Source: Coprobacillaceae bacterium (GTDB taxonomy: Bacteria > Bacillota_I > Bacilli_A > Erysipelotrichales > Coprobacillaceae). Taken from it: a DNA stretch of 32,000 nt. Position 1 is the stretch's first letter, and every line of letters begins with the position of its first letter. This document shows, piece after piece, positions 16,998 through 25,989 of this stretch. The stretch covers positions 1,110,001 through 1,142,000 of the forward strand of contig OY780959.1 in assembly GCA_963675915.1 (NCBI GenBank). Reading direction: 5' to 3'. A program made the translations under genes and the position numbers. A model generated the notes under the pieces. The model ran no database searches. It was not told the origin of the DNA and was given only the letters and a program-made list of their open reading frames with translations.

Positions 16998-17531
16998 TTA
17001 AAGACTCAAACCGAACTGGTACGCCTGTTCGGGATACTTGGTCCGCTCGGTCATGGAAACCGTCCCACAACCCGACCCCAGGATACACCCCTTATCATCG
17101 AAGTGAAGATAATCGGCGAGGGTATGATAGTGGCTTTCGATATCTTTTAGCGCCTTACTGTCATCATCCCAAGAAGTGACAATCAAGGCGCTTTTGATCT
17201 TTTTGGCGGTAAGAAGGCTGTTGAAACTATAGAAGCGATCGATTACGGTCTTTAGTTGGGCTGACATCCCGAAATAATACAGAGGACTGACCAGAACCAT
17301 CATATCGCTAGTCAGGATCTCGTCGATCAAACCGACCATGTCGTCTTCAAAAACACAAGGTCCGTTCATCCCGCAATAGTCGCACCCGATACAGGGCTTG
17401 ATTGCCGCCTGGGCCGCATCGAACACCACGATTTCATGTCCTCCCGCTACCGCTCCGTCGATGAAACGCTGGGCCAACAGATTTGAAGATCCCTTTTGAT
17501 GGGGACTGCCTTTGATAACTAGAATTTTCAT
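16998..17531 (-). CDS. flavodoxin-like NAD(P)H-dependent FMN reductase, iron-sulfur flavoprotein (Isf)-like
   Basis: MKILVIKGSPHQKGSS FMN-reductase N-terminus plus a compact Cys motif CIGCDYCGMNGPC (Cx2Cx2Cx5C). Confidence 0.8.
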   Translation of the reverse strand: MKILVIKGSPHQKGSSNLLAQRFIDGAVAGGHEIVVFDAAQAAIKPCIGCDYCGMNGPCVFEDDMVGLIDEILTSDMMVLVSPLYYFGMSAQLKTVIDRFYSFNSLLTAKKIKSALIVTSWDDDSKALKDIESHYHTLADYLHFDDKGCILGSGCGTVSMTERTKYPEQAYQFGLSL

Positions 17532-17617
17532 AGTATCATCTCACTTTCAATATTTCCATCCTAAATAGCAGTTATCATTGATTCGATTTCTAATTAAATT
17601 GATTAACAATGCCTAAT

Positions 17618-18604
17618 TTATTTGTTTTGCGCCATCACGCCAACCAGGGCATGGGGCTTGTAGAGTTTTTCGAGATAGTCAATTTGACCGGGGGCAAGTT
17701 CCAGTTCGACTGCCTTGACTGCCGCTTCGATATGGGATTTTTTCGTAGCCCCAACTACAGGAGCCGTCACTTTTTGTAGCAACCAGGCCAGCGAAACCTC
17801 GGCCATCGAGACATCCAGTTGGTTGGCCAGCTCGGCCACCCTCTCGATGATTCCCAGATCGTCCAAATAGGAAGCGTCGTATTTGCCCATCGCATAAGTA
17901 TCTTCAAGCAGCCGTTTGGACTGGTCAGTCGGCATTTTGGCCAGCCGCCCCGATGCCAAGGGACTGTATGGTGTCATCGCAATGTTTTCCTGCTTGCAAT
18001 AAGGAGCCATTTCCCGCTCCTCTTCCCGGAAAATCAGGTTGTAATGACCCTGGATTGAGACGAACTGAGCCCATCCGTTGGCCTGCGCCAGAGCATTGGC
18101 CTGGGCTAGTTGCCAGGCATAACAGTTCGAGATTCCAATATAGCGGGCCTTCCCTGAAACCACGGCCTGATTGAGGCCGGCCAGGATCTCCTCAAGGGGC
18201 GTGTTATAGTCCCACATATGATAAATGTAGAGATCGACATAGTCCAGATCCAGTCTTTTCAAGCTGGCATCCAGACAGTTGAGTACATGATCGACTCCAT
18301 TGATCCCCGCTTCAATTTCCTGCTTGGTTCTTGGGGTGAATTTGGTTGCAATCACCACCTCATCACGCTGGGCATAATCCTTGATCACCCGGCCGAGAAA
18401 CTCTTCACTTGTCCCGCTTTGATAAGCCATGGCCGTATCAAAGAAATTGATTCCCTGATCGAGAGCGTATTTGATTATTTCCCGTGACTCAGCTTCAGGT
18501 AAGCTCCAGGAATGCATTCCCCGCGTGGCATCGCCAAAGCCCATGCAGCCAAGACAGATCCGGGAAACCTCCAGATCGGAATTTCCCAATTTAATATATT
18601 TCAT
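17618..18604 (-). CDS. aldo/keto reductase (Tas/YajO-like)
   Basis: LGNSDLEVSRICLGCMGFG, FFDTAMAY and YIGISNC motifs; 328 aa. Confidence 0.85.
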   Translation of the reverse strand: MKYIKLGNSDLEVSRICLGCMGFGDATRGMHSWSLPEAESREIIKYALDQGINFFDTAMAYQSGTSEEFLGRVIKDYAQRDEVVIATKFTPRTKQEIEAGINGVDHVLNCLDASLKRLDLDYVDLYIYHMWDYNTPLEEILAGLNQAVVSGKARYIGISNCYAWQLAQANALAQANGWAQFVSIQGHYNLIFREEEREMAPYCKQENIAMTPYSPLASGRLAKMPTDQSKRLLEDTYAMGKYDASYLDDLGIIERVAELANQLDVSMAEVSLAWLLQKVTAPVVGATKKSHIEAAVKAVELELAPGQIDYLEKLYKPHALVGVMAQNK

Positions 18605-18644
18605 TATTTATTCTCCTTGCCAATTAATTACTGATTCTCTTTAA

Positions 18645-18678
18645 GGCCGGTTTGATCAAAATTTGATTGGCCGACCGG
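18645..18678 (-). promoter_or_regulatory. palindromic element in the leader of the AKR operon (candidate operator or 5'-UTR hairpin)
   Basis: GGCCGG-TTTGATCAAA-ATTTGATTGG-CCGACCGG. The 10-mer TTTGATCAAA is self-complementary. It lies just downstream of a putative TTGGAC-18 nt-TATACT promoter (18689..18718). Confidence 0.3.
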
Positions 18679-18829
18679 TTCCACTTCCAGTATACAACCC
18701 ACCATATATTTTGTCCAATAGAACATATTTAGGCCTTTAAATGGGAACCTTTTATGTTACTGTTGTAGTTATATTCCCCTTAACAGCCAGCAAACCGGAT
18801 AAAAGCGGTGGTCGCTTCGACCCGGTTCG

Positions 18830-18838
18830 TGGTATAAT
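18830..18838 (+). promoter_or_regulatory. extended -10 promoter (TGgTATAAT) of serpin 2
   Basis: CGTGGTATAATTAA is identical to the serpin 1 promoter core. It lies about 90 nt before the ATG. Confidence 0.5.
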
Positions 18839-18931
18839 TAACTTACCAAAAGAAACTTTAAAACCAATTCATTCGCTGGTTGATTTATGGACGATTCAAT
18901 TACCAATATTAAGGAAAAAGAGGAATGAACG

Positions 18932-20191
18932 ATGAAAAAAAACAATAATTCCCTGATTGCTCTGGGTTTGGCAGTGGTGCTGACCGTCGCCCTGGTTCTC
19001 GCAATGGTCAATTTCCCCCAACCGGGACTGCATCTTACTGCAACTGATTTGAGCGACCAGTTCAAAAAACAGGATGTTATCAAAATCGACGATCCTGACG
19101 GAGATTTTGGTGCCAGAAATCTGGCTTTCAGTCTCGATTTGCTTAGCCGCAATTATGATTCCAATGAAAATCTGCTGCTTTCGCCAACTTCAATCATGCT
19201 GGCGCTGGCGATGACCCAAAACGGAGCCGGCACCACCACCCTAACTGAGATGGAAACGGTTCTGGGCGGCTATGATGCCACCACCCTCAACCAGAATCTG
19301 GGCTATTACCTTGAAAGTCTGAGCAATGATGATATCACCAAGATCAATAATTCAATCTGGCTCAAACAAAGTGAAGATGGCCGGTGGAATATCAATTATG
19401 ATTTCATCCAACGCAATGTCGACTACTACGACGCTGATTTTTATCTGGCTCCTTTCGACAAATCGACCCTGGATGACATCAATAACTGGATTGCCTATCA
19501 TACCGATGACCTGGTCAAGGATGCCCTTGATCAGATTCCTACCAATGCGGTGATGTACCTGATCAATACGATTCTTTTTGAAGCCCGCTGGCTTGAAGAG
19601 TTCCCGGAAGGGATGGTCTATCCGGAATATTTCACCGATGCCACCAGTTACAAGGAACTCTATGACTTTCTCCATTCAGTCGAATCAACCTATCTTGAAA
19701 ATGACCAGGTGACCGGTTTTGTCAAAGACTATGATGACAGCCGCTACAGTTTCGTGGCCCTGCTGCCAAAAAACGACATGGCCCAAACCCTGGAAAACCT
19801 CGACGGCGCTACCTTCAAAGCCCTGTTGGACAACCGCCAGAACCTCGAAGTGGAAATTGCCATTCCGAAATTCGAATATGACTACAAAACCGAACTGAGC
19901 GAAGTTTTGAGTGCGATGGGAATGCCTGAAGCCTTCACGCCGGCCGCCGATTTTTCAAGAATCGGCTATAGCGGCGACCTTTTCATCTCCCGGGTTATCC
20001 ACTCCACCTCGATTATTTTAAACGAGATTGGAACCAAAGCCGGAGCTGCGACAATCGTTGAGATGCTTGAAAGTGCCGGACCGGCAGCTAACAAGCAGGT
20101 GATTCTCGACCACCCCTTCATCTATGCAATCTATGACAATGAGATGGAGCTGCCTCTGTTTATGGGAATCCTGAATCAAGTCGAACAATAA
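18932..20191 (+). CDS. serpin family protease inhibitor with an N-terminal signal-anchor (serpin 2)
   Basis: Collinear with serpin 1: SPTSIMLALAM, NSIWLKQ, FVALLP, hinge EIGTKAGAAT and DHPFIYAIYD. RBS AAGAGGAA. TM segment LIALGLAVVLTVALVLAMV. Confidence 0.9.
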   Translation: MKKNNNSLIALGLAVVLTVALVLAMVNFPQPGLHLTATDLSDQFKKQDVIKIDDPDGDFGARNLAFSLDLLSRNYDSNENLLLSPTSIMLALAMTQNGAGTTTLTEMETVLGGYDATTLNQNLGYYLESLSNDDITKINNSIWLKQSEDGRWNINYDFIQRNVDYYDADFYLAPFDKSTLDDINNWIAYHTDDLVKDALDQIPTNAVMYLINTILFEARWLEEFPEGMVYPEYFTDATSYKELYDFLHSVESTYLENDQVTGFVKDYDDSRYSFVALLPKNDMAQTLENLDGATFKALLDNRQNLEVEIAIPKFEYDYKTELSEVLSAMGMPEAFTPAADFSRIGYSGDLFISRVIHSTSIILNEIGTKAGAATIVEMLESAGPAANKQVILDHPFIYAIYDNEMELPLFMGILNQVEQ

Positions 20192-20195
20192 TTCA

Positions 20196-20227
20196 AAAAG
20201 CCACTCCATTATCTTGGAGTGGCTTTG
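20196..20227. terminator. bidirectional terminator between serpin 2 and the GGDEF gene
   Basis: AAAAA-GCCACTCCA-ttatct-TGGAGTGGC-TTTG. The T-run is better on the minus strand. Confidence 0.75.
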
Positions 20228-20233
20228 TAATCA

Positions 20234-21244
20234 TCAATTGGGAACTTTGCTTCTTTTTTTATCCTGATACATATTCCGGTCGGCATCATGGATGATATCC
20301 TTGAATTTCTTGTTGTCGAACCGTTCAACCCCGGTTGAAATGGTGACAATGAAATCGAAGGCTTCCTGACATTTGCTTTCAAATGAAGTCTGGATCCGGT
20401 TTTGAAGACTAATGACATCATCATACTTAAAGTCATTGACAACCAGAATGAATTCATCCCCGCCATAGCGGCCAAACAAGTCATCGGAGCGGATTTCATG
20501 GGAAACCACATCGGCAAAAAGCCGCAATACCTGGTCACCCCGTTCATGGCCATAGAGGTCATTGATGTCCTTGAACCGGTCGACATCGAAAAACAACAGA
20601 TATGAATAACGGTTATGCTTGCCGTGATGATCAATTTTCTCGAAATAGGAATCGATATAACGGCGATTATAGGTATTGGTCAAAAAATCCTTGGTCGAAT
20701 TATGATAAAGCCGTTCACTCAGCCGATTGTTACGGGCCACCACATTATAGAGAACCATGATGTTTCCCAATCCGGCGATTCCAAAGTGAGTGGCGTAAAC
20801 CAGAGTTGAACTTGGATCATGAAAGAAGCTGACGGACCTACCGGCCGACCCGATAATAATAAACCCGATTACCTCGATAAGCAGTCCGATTACCGCAATC
20901 AGACCGAAGGGATTGGGGTTGACGTAGATCAACACTGATGAAAACAGGAAGAAATACAGAATTCCAATCTCATGACCGCCATTGCTGCCCAGCCACGAAA
21001 GCGGGAAATACATCAATGGCAGGAAACAAAAAAAGATCAGCCGGAAGTTCTTGTTCGTAATGATCGTCTCATAACCAAAGTAGATATGAACCAATGATAG
21101 GAACAATAAACTGTCAGCCAGCGACAGCATTATTGAATTATGAAGTACGAAAAAATCAAGATAGACCGCAACTGCGGAAATAACCATGGCAATCACCAAA
21201 GTAACTTTTAAAATCCGATTCTTTTCTAGATTATAATTTTCCAT
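20234..21244 (-). CDS. membrane-bound diguanylate cyclase (GGDEF domain)
   Basis: FDVDRFKDINDLYGHERGD and RYGGDEF motifs, with about 5-6 N-terminal TM helices. Start trimmed to MENYN with RBS AAAGGGGA (the GTG at 21292 has no RBS). Confidence 0.85.
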   Translation of the reverse strand: MENYNLEKNRILKVTLVIAMVISAVAVYLDFFVLHNSIMLSLADSLLFLSLVHIYFGYETIITNKNFRLIFFCFLPLMYFPLSWLGSNGGHEIGILYFFLFSSVLIYVNPNPFGLIAVIGLLIEVIGFIIIGSAGRSVSFFHDPSSTLVYATHFGIAGLGNIMVLYNVVARNNRLSERLYHNSTKDFLTNTYNRRYIDSYFEKIDHHGKHNRYSYLLFFDVDRFKDINDLYGHERGDQVLRLFADVVSHEIRSDDLFGRYGGDEFILVVNDFKYDDVISLQNRIQTSFESKCQEAFDFIVTISTGVERFDNKKFKDIIHDADRNMYQDKKRSKVPN

Positions 21245-21513
21245 TGTTTCAAATCCCCTTTTATGTCGACAATTCAATAAAAATATTACCACATCAGGGT
21301 AATTGTCGCTAGAAAAATCCGCATAAAACAGTGAAGATTTAACATTTTTTTAGATATTTTTTGAATTTCCCAAAATTAAATTGTATCTATCCATAATTAA
21401 AACCACACAAATGGGTATAAAACAGTAATTAAAATCAAAATAATTCATTAATGTACCTAATCATACATAACTATTTCATTTCGTATTTTCTTATCCTAGT
21501 GCAACCAATTTTA

Positions 21514-21539
21514 AAACCCGCCAAGAAATTGACGGGTTT
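21514..21539 (-). terminator. probable terminator after the CPBP gene
   Basis: Minus strand reads AAACCCG-12 nt loop-CGGGTTT followed by TAAAATT. Short stem and weak T-run. Confidence 0.5.
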
Positions 21540-21545
21540 AATTAT

Positions 21546-22292
21546 TTAACTAAAGAAACTGCTGATAAACAGGACCACAATCGACAGGGCGTTGTTGAGC
21601 ATATGAACGACAATCGAACTGACCAGATTTTTTCTTTGGAGATAAATCCAGCCCAGGGCGATTCCCATTCCACCGTATTGAAGCAGATAGACCAGTTGAG
21701 TCAAGTCACCGGCAAATACGGCCTGATAGATATGGACAAAGCCGAAGATCAATGACGAAAGCACCAGTCCCAGGATCACATTGAATCTCGAAAAGAATCT
21801 CAGTAAAACTCCGCGGAAAAAAAGTTCTTCCACGATTGGCGCCACCAGCACTGACGTGAAGGCAATCAGCCCGAAATTGGTCTGGGCCTGAGTCGCTATC
21901 GCTGATTGATTGGAACTCTGTTCACTGATTAGCATCGCGACCAGACTTCCCAGCAGCGCATTGATGATGAACATTGTCGGAAAACCGACTGTGACACACC
22001 AAAGGAATTCATAGCGCCAATGGGCCAGGAATTTTTTGACATTGGCAATCAGAAATTCACGAAGAATGATCACCATTGTCGCCAGCATGATCAGCTGGAA
22101 AAAGACATTGAGGACAGCCAGAATCAGATTATATGAATTCGAGCTGCCTACCAGGACAATCGCCAGAAAATTGGCCAGAATCGGAGCGGTGTAGAAATAC
22201 ATCGACGAACCGACCAAAATTCCATAGGCCCTCTGGTTGGGACTCAGCCAACCGGCCAGTTGATAATCCTCAGGAAGAAGCCGTTTATTCAT
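21546..22292 (-). CDS. CPBP family intramembrane glutamic endopeptidase (CAAX protease/Abi-type)
   Basis: Motifs EELFFRG, FGFVH and HMLNN. Start MNKRLL overlaps the stop of the upstream gene (CATGAATAA), suggesting translational coupling. Confidence 0.85.
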   Translation of the reverse strand: MNKRLLPEDYQLAGWLSPNQRAYGILVGSSMYFYTAPILANFLAIVLVGSSNSYNLILAVLNVFFQLIMLATMVIILREFLIANVKKFLAHWRYEFLWCVTVGFPTMFIINALLGSLVAMLISEQSSNQSAIATQAQTNFGLIAFTSVLVAPIVEELFFRGVLLRFFSRFNVILGLVLSSLIFGFVHIYQAVFAGDLTQLVYLLQYGGMGIALGWIYLQRKNLVSSIVVHMLNNALSIVVLFISSFFS

Positions 22293-23142
22293 GAGTCTGT
22301 CCTTCGTAGCGGATATCGACCTCTTCAAAGAAGATTCCCAAAGCGACATTGTAGCGCAAGGCGAAGATCAAGATAAAGACGATTCCCACCAGGAGATTAA
22401 GCAAGTATGAGTTGGGTACGATTATTGCCAGGGTCCCACTGACCAGCAGGGTCAACAGAATCAATCCGATAAATGAAAGAATCAACATCAACAATTGCCG
22501 TTTGTTCCCTTTCATGAAGCGGACACTCATACTGATGGCCTTAAGACCGCGATAATCGTATTTTTCCAACAAAAACGGTGCCAAGGCGATATTGAGATAG
22601 ACGATCAAAAACGCCACCAATCCCACCATGATTCCGCCAAACACATACATGAAAATCGAATTCAGGGCATTCATGAAGACCGGATCGTTTTCAAGGGCAT
22701 TCATCAGCACATTGATATCGGTCAGTTCATTGTAATATTGTTGAATGGTGTTGATCAGATCGACCTGCGTGGTAGTCACCAACAGGACAATCGCCAGAAT
22801 GATAATCACCGCCAACAACAGATAGATTACAAAGGTAACCAGATAGGTCGAGATATAACGGAAAAAGTTGGTCATCCCGGCCAAACCGTCGACTTGGGGA
22901 ATGATATCATCACTGTTGCCCCGGACAGCTTTAAGCACTGCCCGAACCTGCCCTTGGCTCAGGGTCAGGGTAATAATCGAAATAATTATTGTCAAAATAT
23001 CACTAAGCACCCCACCGACAAGGTAAGGGATGATATTCAAGATCCGATTGGCCAGCAGGACAACCAGAAAAGTCAAAAACAGTGGTTTGAATGATTGTCT
23101 GAGTATTAATGATGAATTGTAGCGAATTCCCGAATTATCCAT
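22285..23142 (-). CDS. polytopic membrane protein of unknown function (possibly DUF975-like)
   Basis: 285 aa with about 6 hydrophobic helices. The family suggestion is from memory of N-terminal and overall topology only. Confidence 0.65.
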   Translation of the reverse strand: MDNSGIRYNSSLILRQSFKPLFLTFLVVLLANRILNIIPYLVGGVLSDILTIIISIITLTLSQGQVRAVLKAVRGNSDDIIPQVDGLAGMTNFFRYISTYLVTFVIYLLLAVIIILAIVLLVTTTQVDLINTIQQYYNELTDINVLMNALENDPVFMNALNSIFMYVFGGIMVGLVAFLIVYLNIALAPFLLEKYDYRGLKAISMSVRFMKGNKRQLLMLILSFIGLILLTLLVSGTLAIIVPNSYLLNLLVGIVFILIFALRYNVALGIFFEEVDIRYEGQTHE

Positions 23143-23151
23143 GGGCTTGGC

Positions 23152-23784
23152 CTATTTCATCATCCAAGATTCATCGCTAGGATTTTGTTTCCAAGCGAAT
23201 AATTTTTCTTTGTCAGCTTCTGAAATATAGTTCTTTTCAACTGCCACATGAACCAATTCATCATAATTAGTCAATGTTTGGTATGGACATTGGTAGCTTT
23301 CAAAATTTTCTTTAGCTTTTGGCAATCCGTATGTGAAGATGGCAACCAGACCGATTACTTCGCATCCCGATGCTCTAAGCGCGTCAACACATTCAAGTGA
23401 AGATCCCCCAGTTGAGATCAGATCTTCGACAACCACGACTTTCATTCCCGGTTTGACAACACCTTCGATGCGGTTGTTACGACCATGGCTTTTAGCTCCG
23501 CCACGGACATATCCCATCGGCAAGTCCAGAATTTCACTGACCAAAGCCGCATGAGGGATTCCAGCAGTAGCCGTACCCATCAGGCATTCCGCTTCAGGAT
23601 AGTTTTCCTTGATCAATTTAGCCAATCCAGCTTCGATATCTTTTCTTACTTTTGGATAAGAAAGAGTCAGACGGTTATCGCAGTAGATCGGCGATTTGAT
23701 TCCGCTGGCCCAAGTAAATGGGTCGTTTGGTTTTAAAAATACTGCTTCAATATCTAATAAATGATTTGCGATTAATTTTTCCAT
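23152..23784 (-). CDS. pyrE: orotate phosphoribosyltransferase
   Basis: PRPP-binding motif [14 protein letters not shown]; Bacillus-type PyrE length and N-terminus ([16 protein letters not shown]). Confidence 0.95.
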   Translation of the reverse strand: MEKLIANHLLDIEAVFLKPNDPFTWASGIKSPIYCDNRLTLSYPKVRKDIEAGLAKLIKENYPEAECLMGTATAGIPHAALVSEILDLPMGYVRGGAKSHGRNNRIEGVVKPGMKVVVVEDLISTGGSSLECVDALRASGCEVIGLVAIFTYGLPKAKENFESYQCPYQTLTNYDELVHVAVEKNYISEADKEKLFAWKQNPSDESWMMK

Positions 23785-23786
23785 TA

Positions 23787-24497
23787 TTATTCCCCCTCGA
23801 ATTCTTTTTCTATTTTCTTATATGTCTCATAAGGATTGGCGCTGCGGGTGATTGAACGTCCCACCACGATATAGCTTGATGTCAGCTCGCGCGCATCGCT
23901 TGGAGTTGTGACTCTTTGTTGATCATCTTTAGAATCATCTGCCAGACGGATTCCCGGAGTGACTGTCAAGAAGTCCAGTCCCAGATTGTCATGGATCAGT
24001 TTTGATTCCAATGGAGAACATACGACTCCATCAAGTCCGGCTTCTTTGGCATTTTTAGCGTATTGAAGCACTGTTTCTTCAACTGTTTTATCAATCATCA
24101 ACTCATTATTGAGAGTTTCCTGAGAGAGTGATGTCAGACAAGTTACCGCGATACAAAGTGGACGTTTGTCAGTAAGTTTTCCGGCTTCAAGTCCATCGAT
24201 AGCGCCTTTCATCATCGCAATTGATCCACTGGCATGGACATTGACGATATCAACGTCCAATTTGGCCAATTGAGCCATGGCTGATTTTACGGTGTTGGGG
24301 ATATCATGTAGTTTGAGATCCAGGAAAATGTCATGACCATAACTTTTTACTGTCTTGATTATTTCCAATCCCTGACCGTAGAAAACTTCCATCCCGATTT
24401 TGACCAATAGTTTTTCTTCTTTCGGGAATAGTTCCAAAAATTCAACTACCTTTTCAGTTGAATCAAAATCTAATGCGATACATACTTTTGAATTCAT
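23787..24497 (-). CDS. pyrF: orotidine 5'-phosphate decarboxylase
   Basis: [18 protein letters not shown] and IVVGRSIT motifs. Confidence 0.95.
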   Translation of the reverse strand: MNSKVCIALDFDSTEKVVEFLELFPKEEKLLVKIGMEVFYGQGLEIIKTVKSYGHDIFLDLKLHDIPNTVKSAMAQLAKLDVDIVNVHASGSIAMMKGAIDGLEAGKLTDKRPLCIAVTCLTSLSQETLNNELMIDKTVEETVLQYAKNAKEAGLDGVVCSPLESKLIHDNLGLDFLTVTPGIRLADDSKDDQQRVTTPSDARELTSSYIVVGRSITRSANPYETYKKIEKEFEGE

Positions 24498-24506
24498 TCC
24501 ATCCTC

Positions 24507-24890
24507 CTAATTCTTACGCAAGTTTTTTAGTTCTTCGTATTCAGCTTTGATATTCTTATATAACTCGACAAAACGCCATTGAACATTTGTCTGAGTAGTT
24601 ACTGCTTTTAGAGGGATATAAGGAACCTCTGCCTGTTTGCATACTTCAAAAAATACTTCGATTTGTTCATCCGAGAAATTATGTAGCACCATCATGACAT
24701 CTTCAATTGTGTCAGCCTGAGCATCAGGATCAAAGTCATATGAATCAAGACCAATCAAGTATCCTACTTCCTGGTTCATATCCTCGTCAGTCAAATCTTT
24801 AACTTTAACTCCAAAATTCTTTGCAATACTTTTGATGGCTTCCCCTTCTTCGGTACCATCTAAATTCAACAATAAAATTAATTCTTCCAT
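24507..24890 (-). CDS. small cytoplasmic protein, DUF3783-like
   Basis: The pattern ILLLNL...GYLIGL...MMVLHNFSDEQIEVFF...IPLKAVTTQTNVQWRFVELY matches my recollection of the DUF3783 family. RBS GAGGTGAA. Confidence 0.65.
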   Translation of the reverse strand: MEELILLLNLDGTEEGEAIKSIAKNFGVKVKDLTDEDMNQEVGYLIGLDSYDFDPDAQADTIEDVMMVLHNFSDEQIEVFFEVCKQAEVPYIPLKAVTTQTNVQWRFVELYKNIKAEYEELKNLRKN

Positions 24891-24942
24891 CGTTATTCAC
24901 CTCAAATAGTTACAATAGCATAAATGAGTTCCATTTACAATA

Positions 24943-24951
24943 AGTATAGCA
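24943..24951 (-). promoter_or_regulatory. candidate extended -10 (TGcTATACT) for the DUF3783-pyrFE operon
   Basis: Minus strand reads GTTGTGCTATACTTATTG about 50 nt upstream of the ATG at 24890. Confidence 0.4.
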
Positions 24952-25067
24952 CAACGCTATAGCCGTTTGTATAAAAAACACAATATGTTACTTCACTTCT
25001 CCTTTTCGCATACTATAGTAATAATACCATAATTAACAAATTTTATCTTGATATTTGCAACTTTTTG

Positions 25068-25096
25068 TTGACTTTGAGTTATTATTCATGTATGCT
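25068..25096 (+). promoter_or_regulatory. sigma-A-type promoter (TTGACT-17 nt-TATGCT) for rpsD
   Basis: TTGACTttgagttattattcatgTATGCT. It would give a leader of about 165 nt. Confidence 0.55.
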
Positions 25097-25223
25097 TATT
25101 AAGCAATAAATGATAGCAGCACATGGAGTTTTAGCCATTGCGTTCATAACTAAGCGTTTGTAGAGTATCTGGCTGCATAGAGAAATACTTAATATGAACA
25201 CAACCTAAATAATCTATGCATGT

Positions 25224-25248
25224 TATTGTTTTACTTGCTAAAACAATA
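25224..25248 (+). promoter_or_regulatory. 10-bp AT-rich hairpin in the rpsD leader, ending 3 nt before the RBS (candidate S4 autoregulatory structure)
   Basis: TATTGTTTTA-cttgc-TAAAACAATA followed by tac-GGAGG. Confidence 0.35.
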
Positions 25249-25266
25249 TACGGAGGAAAAATATTA

Positions 25267-25872
25267 ATGGCACGTTATACTGGACCACAATGGAAATTAT
25301 CTCGTCGTTTAGGATTCTCTACTTTAGAAAACGGTAAAGAATTACAAAAACGCCCTTATGCTCCTGGTCAACACGGACAAAAAAGAAAGAAACAAACTGA
25401 ATATGGTACTCAATTAGCTGAAAAGCAAAAAGTGAGACATATGTATGGAGTTAACGAAAAACAATTCCACAACACATTCAAAAGAGCATCTAAAATGGAT
25501 GGAATCACTGGTTACAACTTCTTCTGCTTATTAGAAAGCAGATTAGACAACGTTGTTTACCGTTTAGGATTCGCACCAACTAGACGTGGAGCTAGACAAT
25601 TAGTAAACCACGGTCATTTCTTAGTGAATGGTGTTAAAACTGACATCGCTTCTTTCCAAGTTAAACTTGGAGATGTAATCGAAGTTAAAGAAAAATCTAA
25701 AAACTTAGCAGTAATCAAAGCAGCTATGGAAGGACGTACTCACGTACCAGCTTTCGTAGAAGTTGACGAAGCTAAATTAACTGGAAAATTAACTAGATTA
25801 CCAGAAAGATCAGAATTAAACCAAGAAATCAACGAAGCATTAATCGTAGAATACTACAACAGAATGGGGTAA
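25267..25872 (+). CDS. rpsD: 30S ribosomal protein S4
   Basis: [16 protein letters not shown]...[28 protein letters not shown] is a canonical S4. RBS GGAGGAAAA. Confidence 0.95.
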   Translation: MARYTGPQWKLSRRLGFSTLENGKELQKRPYAPGQHGQKRKKQTEYGTQLAEKQKVRHMYGVNEKQFHNTFKRASKMDGITGYNFFCLLESRLDNVVYRLGFAPTRRGARQLVNHGHFLVNGVKTDIASFQVKLGDVIEVKEKSKNLAVIKAAMEGRTHVPAFVEVDEAKLTGKLTRLPERSELNQEINEALIVEYYNRMG

Positions 25873-25888
25873 CCCAAATAAAAATTTA

Positions 25889-25930
25889 GGTATTAAACAA
25901 CTATTTAATAGGTGTTTAATGCCTTTTTTT
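25889..25930 (+). terminator. intrinsic terminator of rpsD
   Basis: GGTATTAAACA-13 nt loop-TGTTTAATGCC followed by TTTTTTT. Confidence 0.75.
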
Positions 25931-25989
25931 GTTTTATTAGTAAATTTCGTAGGTATTTAGCAGCTATTTAATAGATATGCATTTAAAAT

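Noticed and set aside
18793-18827. A nested hairpin (AACCGG..AAGCG-gtggt-CGCTT..CCGGTT) upstream of serpin 2, considered as a riboswitch or c-di-GMP element because a GGDEF gene is nearby.
   Set aside because: It lies upstream of, and overlapping, the -35 region rather than in the transcribed leader. It has no counterpart upstream of serpin 1 and matches no riboswitch consensus I can recall. At most it is a DNA-level operator, which cannot be supported from sequence alone.
18741-18935. A 64-aa plus-strand ORF upstream of serpin 2, considered as a leader peptide.
   Set aside because: It spans the predicted promoter (-10 at 18833..18838), so most of it would not be transcribed with the serpin. 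No RBS.
24891-25266. A PyrR-binding attenuator upstream of the pyrFE operon.
   Set aside because: I looked for the PyrR loop consensus (..UCCAGAGAGG..) on the minus strand and did not find it. The leader appears to be only about 50 nt.
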